Shown here piece after piece: positions 63,340 to 64,000 of a stretch of 64,000 nucleotides of DNA. Below the pieces are notes generated by a model. That model searched no databases, had not been told where the DNA came from, and was given only the letters and a program-made list of their open reading frames with translations. How positions within the stretch are numbered: position 1 is the first letter of the stretch; each line of letters begins with the position of its first letter. This DNA is from Octopus sinensis (Eukaryota), in NCBI RefSeq assembly GCF_006345805.1, contig NC_043004.1, positions 12,090,001 through 12,154,000 on the forward strand, in the 5' to 3' direction. The translations under genes were made by a program, and so were the position numbers.

Positions 63340-63780
63340 ACGTTGGCATAAGGCTAGCAGTTTCAAAGAGAGTAGGAGTCAGCCAATTAAATCAACCCCA
63401 AAAGGATGAAAGGTGGAGTCAACCCCTGTGAAATTTGAACTTGGAACATAAAAACTATTGCAATTAGCTGATTGGCTGAATAAAATTCATTATGTGCAAC
63501 AGAAGAAGTATTAAATTAAAGGAGCCATGGCTATTTTTATCTAATACCATTTCTGATGCCTGTAAGACAGTCAGCTGGCAGAATCGTTAGCACGCTGGGC
63601 GAAATGCTTAGTAGTATTTCGTCTGTCTTCACATTCTGGGTTCAAATGCCGCCAGAGTCGACTTTGCCTTTCATCATTTTCGGGAGTCGATGAAATTAAT
63701 ACCTCTTGTACTCTGGGGTCAATGTAATCGATTATCCCCTTCTCCAAAATTCCAGGCCTTGTGTCTATAGCAGAAAGGAC
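63340..63780. mobile_element. SINE B fragments: (-) 63340-63460 and (+) 63570-63780
   Basis: AAAGGATGAAAGG...TTTGAACT; AGCTGGCAGAATCGTTAGCACGCTGGGCG...GGCCTTGTG. Confidence 0.8.
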
Positions 63781-64000
63781 TATTTCTGATGCTTGTAATG
63801 AAAATGCAAAATCTAAATTAGTAAACTATGCTGGCAATTTGTGTTATTCTCACACTGACTCCGTCAATGATTAAGTTTCACTAAGCTCTAATAAATGAAC
63901 TATAGTGTAGTTTAAGTGCACAGTAGGTAGTAACATAGACAAAAACAACAACAACAACAACAACAGTACTTGACTGTATCAGCAGTTGGTGGTCTTAAAT

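Overview
AT-rich, repeat-saturated animal DNA with one 100-N scaffold gap (38781-38880). The repeat families and microsatellite style match what I recall of Octopus genomes; this is recognition by eye, not a database result. I find no intact protein-coding gene, rRNA, functional tRNA or CRISPR array. Nearly all ORFs in the supplied track are translations of (TA)n, (CA)n, (ATCT)n and (CAT/CAC/ACT)n microsatellites. The only clearly recognisable peptides are 5'-truncated LINE ends: two CR1-like, and one RTE-like with a 14-bp TSD; a fourth LINE remnant is degenerate and uncertain. The rest consists of several tRNA-derived SINE families (working labels A, B, D-G), an element with an RTE-like (GAT)n tail (C), a young (AAT)n-flanked element (H), and small DNA-transposon derivatives (mariner, hAT, piggyBac-like, pogo-like). 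Most notable: (i) several decayed type-I hammerhead-ribozyme motifs of the Penelope/retrozyme kind, plus a three-copy family with a non-canonical core; (ii) a speculative plus-strand chain of 15-32 nt micro-exons that splices into an open frame; (iii) SINEs stacked head-to-tail in (TAA)n; (iv) several minisatellites of different period sharing a GCACRTAAAAAGCACC motif; (v) inverted SINE pairs and a unique-sequence palindrome that could form dsRNA.
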